64,000 nt of DNA, from the NCBI RefSeq assembly GCF_036321535.1, contig NC_087437.1:44270001-44334000 (forward strand). The letters run 5' to 3'. Origin of the DNA: Camelus dromedarius (taxonomy: Eukaryota). The position numbers and the translations under genes are program-made. Shown in pieces: positions 1-12,245 of the stretch. The stretch's first letter is position 1. Every line of letters begins with the position of its first letter. The notes below the pieces were generated by a model that saw only the letters and a program-made list of their open reading frames with translations, did not search any database and had not been told where the DNA came from.

Positions 1-111
1 GAAATCCAACTTTAGCTATGTATCACATGCATTTGGAAATTAAAAAACTGAAGAATACAAAGTATTAGGAGTTCATAAAATAATGTGTGTATATATATAT
101 ACATGCACACT

Positions 112-570
112 TATTGTGGGTTGTGTCCCCTGTCAAAAAATATATTGAAATCCTAACCTGTGCATGTGACCTTACTTGGAAATAAGATCTATGTGATGTG
201 GTCAAGTTAAAATGAGGTCGTGCTAGATTAGAGCCAAAGTCCAATGACTGGTGTCCTTATAAGAAGCCATGTAAAGATACAGAATGTGATGATGTCACAT
301 CACGTGTGACATGTGAGAGAATGCCATGTGATAATGGAAACAGACATTGGAGTAGTGGTTCTTCAGGCCAAGAAAAGTCAGGGATTTCTGTCCCTCAGCA
401 GAAGCCAGGAGAGCGGCATAGAACAAATTGTCACTCAGATCCCTCAGAAGGAACTAGCCCTGCCAACACCTTGATTTTGGACTTCTTGCCTCCAGAAGTG
501 TGAGAGAATAAATTATGTTGTTGACCCAGTTTGTGGTAATTTGTAATGGCAGCCTTAAGAAGTTAGTGCA
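112..570 (+). mobile_element. MaLR solo LTR, MLT1B/MLT1C-like
   Basis: Typical MLT1 blocks: gtgaccttacttggaaataag, ccaatgactggtgtccttataaga, ccctgccaacaccttgattttggacttc, gagagaataaat and gtttgtggtaatttgtaatggcagcc near the 3' end. Confidence 0.85.
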
Positions 571-766
571 GTGACTCTAATTTGTAAACAAAACACCTTT
601 ATGATCAGCTAAAGACCTCATTAAATTGATACTGAAAATCACAAAAGATATAAACATATGCCTCTCATTTCAGAAAATTTACCTGTAAATAAGTTTATAA
701 ACTTAAGAGCTCCCACCCGTCTCCTCCAACCCACCCCCACCTCTCACCCCCACCCAATGAAACATG

Positions 767-1218
767 ACTAGGTACTGCTTGCTGCATAGAACTGGAAACC
801 AAAATAACAGTAAATTCAACAGAATAGAAATTTCACTATTAAAGAAGTCCAGAGGTCGGCAGGAAGGCAAGGTTAGTGTGATGCTCCATCTGTCTTGCCC
901 CATGGTCTGTCTCCCATGGCTTCCACTCAAGGTCAAGATCCTTACTTGGACTCCAGTCAGTACATGTACAATTGTCAGTTGGAAGAAAGGAGATGAAGGT
1001 CACATCCCCTCCCTTTAAGGATACTTCTCAGAAGCCATCCATTACACTTCTCTTCCTATTCCATAAGCCAGGTGATAGTCACATGGTCGTAGTTTGCGGC
1101 AAGGTAGGCTGGTAGCATTTTTTTCTCAGGAGTAACCTGCCTAACTTAAAACGAGGGGTTTTAATACTAACAAGGAAGAGGAAAATGCATAGGGGGACAA
1201 CCAACAGTTTCTACCATA
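767..1218 (-). mobile_element. Old MaLR LTR, MLT1J-like
   Basis: Reverse-strand MLT1J-type blocks: aagaagtccagaggt, gtcacatggtc...caaggtaggctgg and ggggttttaatactaacaaggaagaggaaaatg...ctaccata. Confidence 0.7.
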
Positions 1219-1419
1219 CCCACTATACAAAAATGAAACAGATCTTTTGTAGCACAAACTTCAATGAAAAGAATTGGTTTTCACGTTATGAGGTAGCAGT
1301 TGAAATCAAAGTAAGCCACAAAGTGAAACGGACTGCCCACAACCAGAACTCTCAATTCTAAAAGTATCTCCAGGATCTTTGTACTTCTCTGTCTCTCCTG
1401 ATGACATTTCCCCCGTAGA

Positions 1420-1982
1420 ATTCTGTAATAGCGTCCTCCTGAATAGTTGCCCTGCCTCTCTACTCTTGCACCTTGCGAGGTATCTTCTCCCTTTGTTGAT
1501 TTTCAGTATAAGTATGTCTGAGATGTTAAGCATGTCTTACAAAGTCCTGTGTGAGCTTCTTACCTTCCATCTTTCTGCTCCACCCTCTTCATTGTGTTCC
1601 CTATGCTTCAGTCATCCTAGACTCTCCTGTTCTTCATTGTTCACTAGTCTCTTTAAGTTTTCATCCCTGTAGCCCTTTTCCCACTTCCTGATTATTCACA
1701 TCTGTCATCTCTACCCAGACAACTCCTCCTCACTCCTTAAACCTCAGCTTAAAATTTGCGTTCTTAGAGAGTCCTTCCTGAGCTCATTTTTATCAGCTCA
1801 GTAAGCTCCCTGAGCATACTCCCTTGCTCTGTTTTTACAACTACCAATCTCATTTAGAACTTTAGTTTCCTACCTGTCTTCTCCACTAGAGAAGGACATC
1901 TTTTGTTCACTCCTTTATCTCCAGTGCCTAATGTAGGCCTGGGATATATTTTAGTAAGAGCTCACTAATCATTTACTACTTG
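1420..1982 (+). mobile_element. LINE-2 3' fragment
   Basis: Pyrimidine-rich L2 3' region (ccttaaacctcagcttaaa, gtccttcctga) ending ttgttcactcctttatctccagtgcctaa...gagctcactaatcattt. Confidence 0.7.
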
Positions 1983-2309
1983 AAAATATTCTTCAATTTT
2001 GTAAGAGCTACTCAGAAATTAATATCCATAACATTTTAGTAAATATTCTTTATATTAATTCATTATTGTGCATTGCTTTTCTAGACTCTAGCATGATTTA
2101 GAGCTATGGTGGTATTTTATGACTACTTTCTCAATAGAATTATACAAAGTTTTAAAAAAATATTAATTCACAGTAATTACTTCTTCTCTATGGTAGGCTT
2201 GGTGCTTGGAGCTAGACGTACACTAGTGAATAAACAAGCATTGCTCTCACCCTCATAGAACTTTCATCCTTGGATAAACTATATATCTAACAAAATAAGG
2301 ATTTTTAAT

Positions 2310-2440
2310 AATAGAATATAGTATATCCATATAGTAGAATATTCTGTGACCCATTAAAATAATGTGGCAGAAACATGTCTTTTGACCTGGAAAGATACAT
2401 TGCTAAATGGAAAAAAATCAAGTTACAAAACAATATTCTT
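2310..2440 (+). mobile_element. Old L1M 3' end fragment
   Basis: tatatccatatagtagaatattctg...cattaaaa...gacctggaaagat...aaatggaaaaaaatcaagttacaaaacaata resembles the L1M ORF2 end and 3'UTR. Confidence 0.6.
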
Positions 2441-2994
2441 TACAAGGTTTTAGTTTTGTATAAGAATTTACTTTGTATGAATTAAGTCCACAAAACTAAA
2501 AGTGGTTTTTTGAGATATTATTAAAAACAGTTATCTCTGAGGTTTCCTTTTGTCTTCCTGAAATGTGCATATTTTTAAAAAGCATATATAGAGATTAAAG
2601 AAATTAAATAAGAGTAGAATTTTTCTTTGACTTTATTAGGCTCTTATTTTTCAATAATTAAATGCTACCTCTGGGCTGGAAAAGTCAAGTCGCTATTTTG
2701 TATGAATTGTCATGTGACTCATGATGCATTTGTTTGCTGCATAGTGTTTAGTTGAAGAATCATAACTATTTACCCCATAGAATGGATGTGGCAGAAATAA
2801 AAATTTAACTGAATGATTTTTAACAACTTAATTTACATACACACATAACTTACACCCTGTATTGTATGGCACTGATTTCTAACAAGGTGGGGTTGAACTA
2901 AGTAAAATAGCCAGCCACTAAGTTCCTATTGTGTTGTAAGCATCAGACCAAATACTTAATGTATTCTGTTGCTAATTCTCACTACCATCCTGCA

Positions 2995-3058
2995 AGGTGG
3001 ATGCAGGTAACTTGCCCAGGGTTACTAAGTGACAGACAAGGGATTTGAACCTGTCCAA
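2995..3058 (-). mobile_element. MIR fragment
   Basis: gtaacttgcccagggttac...gggatttgaacc, the reverse MIR core and B box. Confidence 0.55.
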
Positions 3059-5604
3059 CCAATTCTGGCACAGGGTGGATGTCAGCAGGAAGAGCGGAAG
3101 GTCATGCAATTCTGTGCATACAAGGAATCCTCCTTCCTGGAACCTTATTATATTGACAGCATGTCCTAGTTTATCCTCCAAAGTTCTCAGGAGTCGGCAG
3201 GCCTATTTTTATATGATTGGTAATATTTTCTTGAAAATACTCTCACCTAAATAAAATGATTTCAAACCCCTGAATGAAGACTCAAACTAAGAACAGAAAT
3301 ATAACATTCTCTCCCCAGAATAATTTTCTTTTTTAACATTCTTTTTTTCCCACCTTGGGTAATGTCCAGTTATCATTAAATATTTCCAATTGCTATTGTT
3401 TTTTGACACTACAGTGGTTTTCTACTTTATTCTCTACTTCCAAGTGGAAAAAAAAAAAAGGAAGAAAGAAATCAGGTTACCTTATTTGCCAGCCCCTTTT
3501 GTCTTTGGGCAGTTTTTGAGACACATGTGCATTCCTTAGGTTTCATGGCTTTTACTACTGCCCGGTAAAGCCCCTGAAGTTCATTACTGCTGGAAATCAG
3601 AGTGGCAAGTATATGAAAGGTGGTCCTGCAACACCATCCCTCACTTGTTTAGGGTCTCATAAAACCTGTCAAAAATGATACCAGCATCTGGAGTAGTCAT
3701 GCCACCTTCTGGATAAGAGGTCTCTGTGCTTATGTTCAAAATTATCAATCATTCTAAATACTGACTCAAGCTTGTCTTTTAGTAGCAGTATCTCCATTTG
3801 CAGTAAAGATGTACGGGGAGGACTCCTCCACGTTCACAGCTCTTAGATCACTGTCAAAATTAGTGTATAAAGCATCCATCAAATGCACACACAAGGTGAA
3901 CTGGGCATGCCTTTTACAAAGTCTAGTATATTTGTGATTTGACTGGGCTTGTTCAGACACCTCTAGCATCAGGCACATTGACAGGTACCAGGTCACTTTT
4001 CATAAACAAAATGCAGAAGGTAACAGGATGTGGCCTAAGAATTTTGTTAGTGTACCTGTCCAGAGGTTTAAGTTCTTAATTTCTGAATTATACTAGTTAT
4101 AAATGGTTATAAATGGGCAGAAATACTCATTCTGTTTTCTGGCCTGGTCGACATAACAGGCTGCTCATAAATGGGTAGGAAGGGTTACTTACTGGTTGAT
4201 GACGTATTGAAAATGGAGAGTTAAGTAAGCTTAATTCTGGTTACCTCCAGCTCATTACGTACACACATACTTTTAATGATTATAAAAGTAATTTATCAAC
4301 AGGTATGTTTTTAGTGCCATATATATCATGGCATTCAACTTATTAAGAGTGACAGGTGTCACACTTCTGTGTGGTCTTCTTCTTTGCACATGAGAGAACT
4401 AACTTCTCACATTGAAGAGCCACGACACTCCAAAAGAACGTGATGCATGGACATAGCACCCCCAGGCAGGTCACATAGCCATGTTTTATACCCCTCAGTT
4501 GAGCTGGCCTTACGTAGGAGAATGGCAGCAGAAAGGCTGGCCACTGAAACTGGAATCTTCGTGGAGGTTTCTCTCTTTTGACAAGTGTTCACACCAAAGC
4601 ATTTAACATCTTTCTGCCTATTTATCTTCTGGAAGGAGACAATCTCCTGATTTCCTCCCTATTTGGTGAAATATCATAGTGACTTAATGAACCACCATAC
4701 TCTCTATCATTGCTGATGATTACTGTGTGGCATAATCTTACATCACTTCTGCTGCTCGTGTGATTCATATCTTTAATATTCACAGAAATTCTGTGGCCTG
4801 CACTACTGTTTATTAAACTGCATCACACTGCCTCTCAAGGATGTTCATGTAAGACAGCCCCACAGGTCATCTTTGTCCCATTTACAGCACTGAGGGTGGC
4901 ATCTGCCTTGCATGTGGTAGATGTTCATTGTGATGAATGAATGACTGAGACAATTAGGATCAAGGGAGAAAATAATTGAGAAAACAATTCCGTGTACTCT
5001 TTTTTACTTATTTTTATTGTCAACAACTGTGTGTTCATCTCCTTACTCATAGTGCAACTACAGCAGATATAAAGTGCTTTTCGGTTTCATTGCTCGTAAG
5101 CTTCAGCTAGACATGGCTTTGGCAGATTCTCATCTGTAAAATGATCCAGGACATTGAACATGCACTTATCCTTGTTCCCTGGAAACTAATTGAATCATTA
5201 AGTTATAGCCATTAGAAAACTGACCAAATGGTATGAGCTTAAGTTATGAGCTTACCAATGATCTCATTTCACTTCAGTTACCATTTTCAGCTCCTTCTCT
5301 CCTTCCGTTTCCCCTCTGGAACTATGTGAAGCAGTTGCAGAGCAGAACTACAGCCTACTTAAAAATAACATTAATCTGGGCTCCTGAATCTATGGGTGAA
5401 AGGCGGTAGAGTCCATTCTGCAGCATAAAATATTACGAAGTTATTTTCAATTTGTTAGTGGTTTTGATTAGTTGCTTCCAAAGTTTACATGCCTGGTAAA
5501 CTTTCTCAGTGTCAGCCTGAGATATCTATAGGTAGAAGCTTTTAAGTGTACACCACTGGGGGGGAAAAATGGGAGCTTGTTTTTCAGTCCAGTAAATAAA
5601 TGAC

Positions 5605-5727
5605 CTCTGTGAGAGCAGGGACCGGATCTCTCCTGTTTCTTGACTGAATCCCAGACCCCATCACAGTACATTATATGTAATTAGCACTCAGTGCACCTAG
5701 ATGAGTGAGTGGATGAATGAATGAATG
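5605..5727 (+). mobile_element. LINE-2 3' terminus
   Basis: ctctgtgagagcagggacc...gcactcagt...tgaatgaatgaatg tail. Confidence 0.75.
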
Positions 5728-6159
5728 TTGGAAATTCATAAACCCTGTTGGGTTTATGTACGCACAGCATTTAGCATTCAGGGACCTCTTCTTGCCATAG
5801 GGCCTGGCATTAATATTACCTGATTTCCAAAGTTTTGATTATATTACTGTAGTAATATGTGAAGGGTTGGTAGGTCTTGGTACTTGCTGGTTTCAAGGAA
5901 AAGCCAGAAGTTACTTTTCAACTGTTGAACACTAATATTACTGTTTACAATAAGATTTGTGAAGAATTTTCTTAACATGAAAAAATGCTTACTCTTGACA
6001 TCTCTCAGTTTCAAACGGGTCTATCTTCAGTTCTTTAATCACAGAACTACATGTAATGGCATTTAATTATACTTAAAAATAAGTCATTCTCTAGGTTGAC
6101 TTATTCTCTTCTAGTTCTTCTTTTTCTTGGTAGACCTGATTTTATTTGTGGCATGACCA

Positions 6160-6945
6160 TTCTAATCATCTCTAGGCTGAAAACCTCAGATTTCTGGTAC
6201 CTCTGGAACCATCATTGTCTAGGCAATTAAGTTTGTTCGTGAAATAGTGCAGTAGTGTCCTAACTGGCCTTCCTTATTTTAAGTTTATCTCTAGCAGTAT
6301 AGATTCCATGTGTAACTGCTGGGGTGTTATCTCAAAATACCACTTGGATGCTGTCACAGTTCACAGGCCTCCAAAGACTCTCCAGTCCCTCCAGAGTGAA
6401 GAGCCAAACTCCAGCATTTATAATCCATTATAGGCCCAGGTTTCTCTTCCCTGTTTCTCACATCACCTCTGCCTCTGGCCAGGGCTGCCTACCCTCTGCA
6501 AAGATGTTAGCACCTCTAGGCCATGTGGTTTGCAAAATCAGATTCAGTTGTATATTGCCTTTTTTTCTTTTGGGGGGAAAAGCAGTATCATTTTCAAAAT
6601 ATTACAGAACATAAAACTGGGCACACTTTTCTTGATTGGTGGGAATAAATAGAAAAGCAGGAGACAGACTTTCCTATGATTTTGTAATAATTGATGAGAG
6701 GATGGTGTACCAGAATCTCTAGCAAGTGAAAGAAATTTATTATCAAAAGGTGAAAAAGAGTTGGAAAGCAGTTGCTGCTCACTGGGCATGCCCAGTCGAG
6801 CCATTTATCCCTTCATCCATGCTTTCCCCAGGTCTTCATCCATGAGACTGGAAACTCCTTAAGAGCAAGCACCAAGTCTCTTTTGCTAAACACCGTGTTC
6901 CTAGGTGCCTGGTGCAAAGTATTTGTGTTTGATCAATACATGAAC
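6160..6945 (+). mobile_element. Fragmented LINE-2 3' region
   Basis: cctaactggccttcct, gtgaagagccaaactccagcat and a terminal block gagactggaaactccttaagagcaag...cctaggtgcctgg; discontinuous. Confidence 0.5.
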
Positions 6946-7845
6946 AAATTCTGAGAACGTAAGAAAATACACAGTACTCTGTATCTTGGGTACATAAAGG
7001 TAAGAAAGGGTACAGCTCTGATCCTCAAATCGCTCACAAGGTTTTAGGGACAACAAGCATGGTAGGAATAGTTAAAAATTAGTGTGAGTGCTACCCATCA
7101 ATGTATTCCCCATCAAAGGGATGTGTATCGAATTCAGTGGTCTGTCTTCCCCTCAAGTGTTTCATACTGAATTTGCAGGCAAACAAAACTGCCTGGTCTT
7201 GTCCACCTAATCTTACTTTCATTTGCAATCTTCAGAGTTCAGCCCTTCTTACCTGCAAAACTGCCTTCTGTGCCTTCTTGTGTGCTGCGCTGCTCTTTAA
7301 TAGGTGTGGGGCGTAGACAGGGTATATTTATTTTTCCATGTGTACACCTCATTTTTAAGATTAGGTTATAAATTCTTTGAAAGCAACAACTATTGGTCAT
7401 GATTTGTTTGCACCTCCAGAGGCATGTGGAAGAGAACCTTGCTCATAGTAAGTATTTGATCATTGCTTTTTAATTGAGAGATTAAATGCAGTAAAAGCCA
7501 AAGATTTCTGAATGAGTGTTGCGTTTGAACATTTTGGATAATATAAGGGTACCAGTAAATACCTTATAACTATTAGTAGAATACTTCTGAATTTGGAAGG
7601 CTCCAGGTTCTAATGGAAATTTTAAGGACCTTAATAGTCTACTTGATCTCAGAGAATAGAGCATTGGACAATTATATGAAAAAATGGGTTCTGATTTTTG
7701 GCTCAGATAAGAAACCTACAGTGTAACATATGCTATGCCATTAATGTCTTTTCAAATGTGCGTCTCATCCAAGTCCATAAAGTTTGGACAGTTAGACAGA
7801 ATGATGTAATTAAAGGTTATGAACGTTGCTGCTCTCTATTGCAAT

Positions 7846-8085
7846 GGTTGGTTAACTCAGTTAGTTAAAGCACAGCGTTAATAAGGCCAGGGTCAAGAGA
7901 GGAATACCCTTTGCAGTCCACTTACCTCTCATTCTGTTTCTTGCCAGAGACTAAACACCAAATCCTAGCCTGCCAACTCTCAAAGGCATGCTTTGGCTGA
8001 GGAAGATTGGCTGGGAATACATTGATGGATCAGCAGAAATCAGTCTTACTAGGGGAAAGCAGCTCAGAGCACATACTCCACTAGC
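7846..8085 (+). mobile_element. MamSINE1-like ancient SINE with a tRNA-Ile(AAT)-derived head
   Basis: 7846-7920 aligns base-for-base with tRNA-Ile(AAT) (ggttggttaactcagttagttaaagc...taataaggccagggtc; AAT at 7880-7882) but the T-arm/B box is destroyed; the body gccagagact...gatggatcagcagaaatc...agctcagagcacat matches the remembered MamSINE1 consensus. Confidence 0.75.
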
Positions 8086-8099
8086 ATCATCTTAAATGA

Positions 8100-8220
8100 T
8101 CCATTTCTGCAACCACTCAAAATTTGTGGAGCGCCTACCTTGGGTCCAGCTCTCTACTACACCCTGGAGATATAAGGATGAGTGTGGCACTATATTTGCT
8201 CTGAAAGAGCTCTCAGAGTT
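8100..8220 (-). mobile_element. LINE-2 3' terminus
   Basis: cactcaaaatttgtggagcgcctacc...ctggagatataaggatgag...tgctctgaaagagctctcag. Confidence 0.65.
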
Positions 8221-8237
8221 ATTTGTTTTAAGGACCT

Positions 8238-8572
8238 TGTCTTGGTCCTTTAGGGATGCTATACTAGAACACCACAGTCCAGGCGGCTTATGAGCAGCAG
8301 GATTTATTCCTCACACTTGTAGAGGCTGAAAGTCTGAGGTCAGGGGGCTAGCCTGGTTGAGAGAGAGCCCGCTTCCAGGCTGAAGACTTCTCGTGTGCTC
8401 ACCTGGTGGAAGGGGCGAGGGAGCATTATGGGTCTCCTTTATAAAAGCACTGATCCTGTTCATGAAGACTCTACTTCATGACCTGATCACCTCCCACAGA
8501 CTACGTCATCACATTGGTCATTAGGATGTCAGCATATAAATTTTGGGGGGACAAACATTCAGACCTACAGCA
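8238..8572 (-). mobile_element. MaLR solo LTR, MLT1A/MLT1A0-like, full length
   Basis: TG...CA termini; tttattcctcaca...gaggctgaaagtctgaggtcagg and catgacctgatcacctccca...aattttggggggacaaacattcagacc; flanked by gacct (8233-8237) and gatct (8573-8577), a 5-bp TSD with one mismatch. Confidence 0.9.
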
Positions 8573-9861
8573 GATCTCAAATTTCCTAGAGTTGGTTGTT
8601 TTGACTGTGATAGGAAGTTTGTGAGAAAATTTTTTTTTTGGTTGATTGGTTAATTGGTTAGAAGATATTTAGACTTAAGCCCCCTTTTTTATCTGAAAGC
8701 TTTCTGATATGATCTTTTGACCTGACAAAATATTTTTCAAACCTAAATAAATAACACTTAACTCTAAAAATATCCTGTATGATTTTTCTAAGTTTCCTGC
8801 AGCATTTGAAAAGGCTGACAATAATATGGTAAAGTTGCTACTATTTAGAAACAAGTAGAATATTTTAATACATGCCCACAAGTGGATCTTCTAAAAAGAA
8901 TAATCAACAGGGTATTGTTTTGAATTCTTTCCATGTACAAGATGCCCATCTTGGTACTAGGGAGATAACAGAATACAAATATTGAATATCAATATTAACT
9001 ATTTGTATTTAATTTTTATAAATCATTATTAGATACAAATTAATAACTCATACAAATTACATTATTAAATACAAAAATTATTTTTCAACTTTAAGAAGCA
9101 TCCAAATCAGCACTTAAAGTTATATCTATTCAGAGTAAGTAATATGTATACAAAACATACAAGAGATTTTTAAATTTTCAAATATATTAGACTTCCTTGG
9201 CTATAATAAATTACTTATATTCAAATTCAAGCCTCATTGTTTCTCAAAATTGTAAATAGCATTCATTGAATAAGAAAAAAAGAAACTAGTGGAAAGGAAG
9301 AAGGTATGTCTATCATAAACTTATATCATTTTTGTGATTGAGAAACTGATTTGGAGCTTTCTGTTAGCCAGGAGAAAACAAGAAACATCGTTGGCTACAG
9401 AGCTTTCATTATCAGAAAGCAGAAAGCTAATCAAATTCTTAGTTTTCTCTGGCATAAGATTCTAGAAATACTTTAGACCTTATACAGAGATGCTGAATGA
9501 CATATAGTCATTGTATGCTAAAATAAGTTTATAACAAATGTGTTCCTTGACATCAGTGATAAAAATGAAAAGTTTAATGTTAGAATGCAAGATAATGGGA
9601 TTCAACAGGAGACCAAGATACTGTGGACAGAATATGACACTTTTTGGTATTACAACATCATTGAGGAACACAACTCAGATTTCTTAGATGTATTTGGATT
9701 CCATATCCTTTTTTATTATTTTTCCTAAATAAAATATCTGTTAGCCAGTTCATTGATAGGGGTAGGTAGTAAATTGTTAGGCATATAAGATTTACATTGT
9801 AAAGGTAACACAAAATTTGGGGATAAGACAATTATATGGGACTGGGAGAGAGCAGGGGAAA

Positions 9862-10040
9862 GATTGTGATGTCAGAAAACACTTCTGCCACTTTGGGTCA
9901 TACATAAACTACTGCATTCTTTGCTTTCAGTTTTTTCCCTGTAAAAACATGAGGCTAATAATACCACCCCTCTGTCATACAGCTCTTTGAAGTTTAAGAT
10001 AATAGGTATGCATGATTTTTGTAAACCACACACTACTTTA
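9862..10040 (+). mobile_element. MIR (MIRc/MIR3-like) fragment
   Basis: Core tttcagttttttccctgtaaaa...aataataccacc and tail ttttgtaaacca. Confidence 0.55.
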
Positions 10041-10315
10041 TACAATATATATTATTTATAAATAGAAGTATTGAAAAAATTAAATATAAGTATATACATA
10101 TATTTCTATAAAATTGTTAAATAGGATCAATCTGTATTAAAATTCTGACTGCTCAAGTAATCTATGATGACTGTCCATGTATGGTTATGGAAATCTTTGT
10201 AGAAAGCCAAAAGCTTAAGTAATAGAAAAATAGGGGGAAAGAAAAAAGACAACTAAATTAACTAAATGACACCAAAGAGTAGACTACTAAAATTCAAAAC
10301 AGGCCAAGGTGGTTA

Positions 10316-11129
10316 TTTTTTTTTTTAATAGAGTTTCAGTCAGTTTACAATGTTGTGTCAATTTCTGTAATAAAGCACAATTTTTCAGTCATACATGAAT
10401 ATACATATATTAACTTTCATATTTTTTCACTATGAGCTACTATAAGATATTGAAAATATTTCCCTGTGCTATACAATATAAACTTGTCTATCTATTTTAT
10501 ATATACCTGTCAGTATCTGCAGATCTCAAACTCCCAGTTTATCCCTTCCCACCTCCCTCCCCTCTGGCAACCACAAGTCTCTGTTCTATGTCTGTGAGTC
10601 TGTTTCTGTTTTATATATAAGTTCATTCGTCTTCTTTTTTTTTTTTCCCTTTGGATTCCACATATGAGTGATATCATATGGTATTTTTCTTTCTCTTTCT
10701 GGCTTAACTCATTTAGAATGACATTCTCCAGGACATCCATGTTGTTGCAAATGGCATTATGTTGTCATTTTTTATGGCTGAGTAGTATTCCATTGTATAA
10801 ATATAACTTTATCTAGTCATCTGTAGAAGGACATTTAGGTTGTTTCCATGTCTTGGCTGTTGTGAATAGTGCTGCTATGAACATTGGGGTGCAGGTATCT
10901 TTTTGAAGTAGGGTTCCTTCTGAATATACGCCCAGGAGTGGGTCATATGGTAAGTCTATTTTTAGTCTTTGAGGAATCTTTATACTGTTTTCCACAATGG
11001 CTGCACCAAACTGCATTCCCACCAACAGAGAAGGAGGGTCCCCTTTTCTCCACACCCTCTCTGGCATTTATTATTTGTGGACTTTTGAATCATGGCCATT
11101 CTGACTGATGTGAGGTAATACCTCATTGT
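10316..11129 (-). mobile_element. 5'-truncated LINE-1 (ORF2 C-terminus, 3'UTR, poly-A), relatively young
   Basis: Minus-strand translations TMRYYLTSVRMA...[14 protein letters not shown] and TCTPMFIAALFTTAKTWKQPKCPS match the L1 ORF2 C-terminus; poly-T at 10316; perfect 11-bp TSD caaggtggtta at 10305-10315 and 11130-11140. Confidence 0.97.
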
Positions 11130-12039
11130 CAAGGTGGTTACTTTTTGTATAGTAACTTGAAATAGAGAAATACCTACCTCATAGATGAGTGATATCTTAA
11201 AGAAAAAATGCAAAATCATCATATTTCTTGATAGTAAATTTTATTAGAAGTCATAGGTAAGAGGGGAGAAAAAAACTAAATGGTTTATGGGTAAATTTTT
11301 TCACCTTTTCACAGAATATTATTGTGTGTATTACAGTGAAAAGGGCATAAACTTTTAAAAACTCAAGGACTTTCTCTTTCCTAGTGTAGTAGAACAAGAT
11401 ATTAGAATGAAAAAGAGCAGTAATATTTTTTGCAGTTTTATTTTTTAATGAGCTGAAAACAAGTTGCCAGAATTTCATACACTCTAACAGAGGGTTGTAG
11501 CTTTCAGTTGTCAGAGCAACATATACATTTCGGTGAATTAGGTGATAGAATCGAGTTGCTGAGATTCTGATACACGACAGTAAGGGAGATGAGCTGAGGG
11601 TGGTATTGCCACCCACGCAGGTGTGCAAATAGCATTTCATGAATAAAAACGTTTATTAGGTATAAAAATGAGAGAAAATGAGTGTCTAAAAGCATCTGTT
11701 ACCTTTTGAGATGATTTAAGTTAGGTAACTAAAATGCTGCTTTTCGAAAACTGAATTTGAATCAAATTCTCATTTTTTCACTTTGGGTGATAGTAATGGT
11801 TGCTTTTGGTTCCAGATATTCACTCTTATCCAGTGGTTTGCTTTTAAAATTGTGTTAGCATATCTTCATTGGAGGGTAGCAAAATACGTGCCCTTCAATC
11901 CAGGTTGTGTTGAAGTTTGAATGTCCCCATCGAGCAGGCGGTATATGAAAAATGTCTTCGTGTGTTGGTGCTGGGTAAGCTTGCAACCCACTGAAAAGCT
12001 GTGAAATGATGGAACGGGTTAATGGGGAGTTGAGAGACC

Positions 12040-12245
12040 CAACTTTAAAGTCAAACATGCACAAATTCTTGCTCTACCATATTCTAACCATTCTTCACCA
12101 AGTTACATGACCTCTCTGATTCTTTTTCCTCATCAATCAGAAAGAGAATAACATGTCCCCTATAGGGTAATGGTGCGTATTAAATGAAGCGTTTAAAGAC
12201 CACAATTTTGGCAAGGCTGTTGGCATTGTGTAAACCTTCTAAAAG
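12040..12245 (+). mobile_element. MIR
   Basis: caaattcttgctctacca...caagttacatgacctctctg...tttcctcatc...tagggtaatggtgcgtattaaatga. Confidence 0.65.

Noticed and set aside
7846..7920. Functional tRNA-Ile gene
   Set aside because: The T-arm/B box is destroyed, the stems are mismatched, and the sequence continues into a SINE body.
10510..11222. L1 ORF2-like ORFs as functional CDS
   Set aside because: They are split across frames in a 5'-truncated copy, so this is a dead fragment.
11904..11980. Exon between ccAG and GG/GTAAGC with a protein-like stretch (LNVPIEQAVYEKCLRVL)
   Set aside because: All three frames from the better acceptor contain stops, and the open stretch has no credible acceptor.
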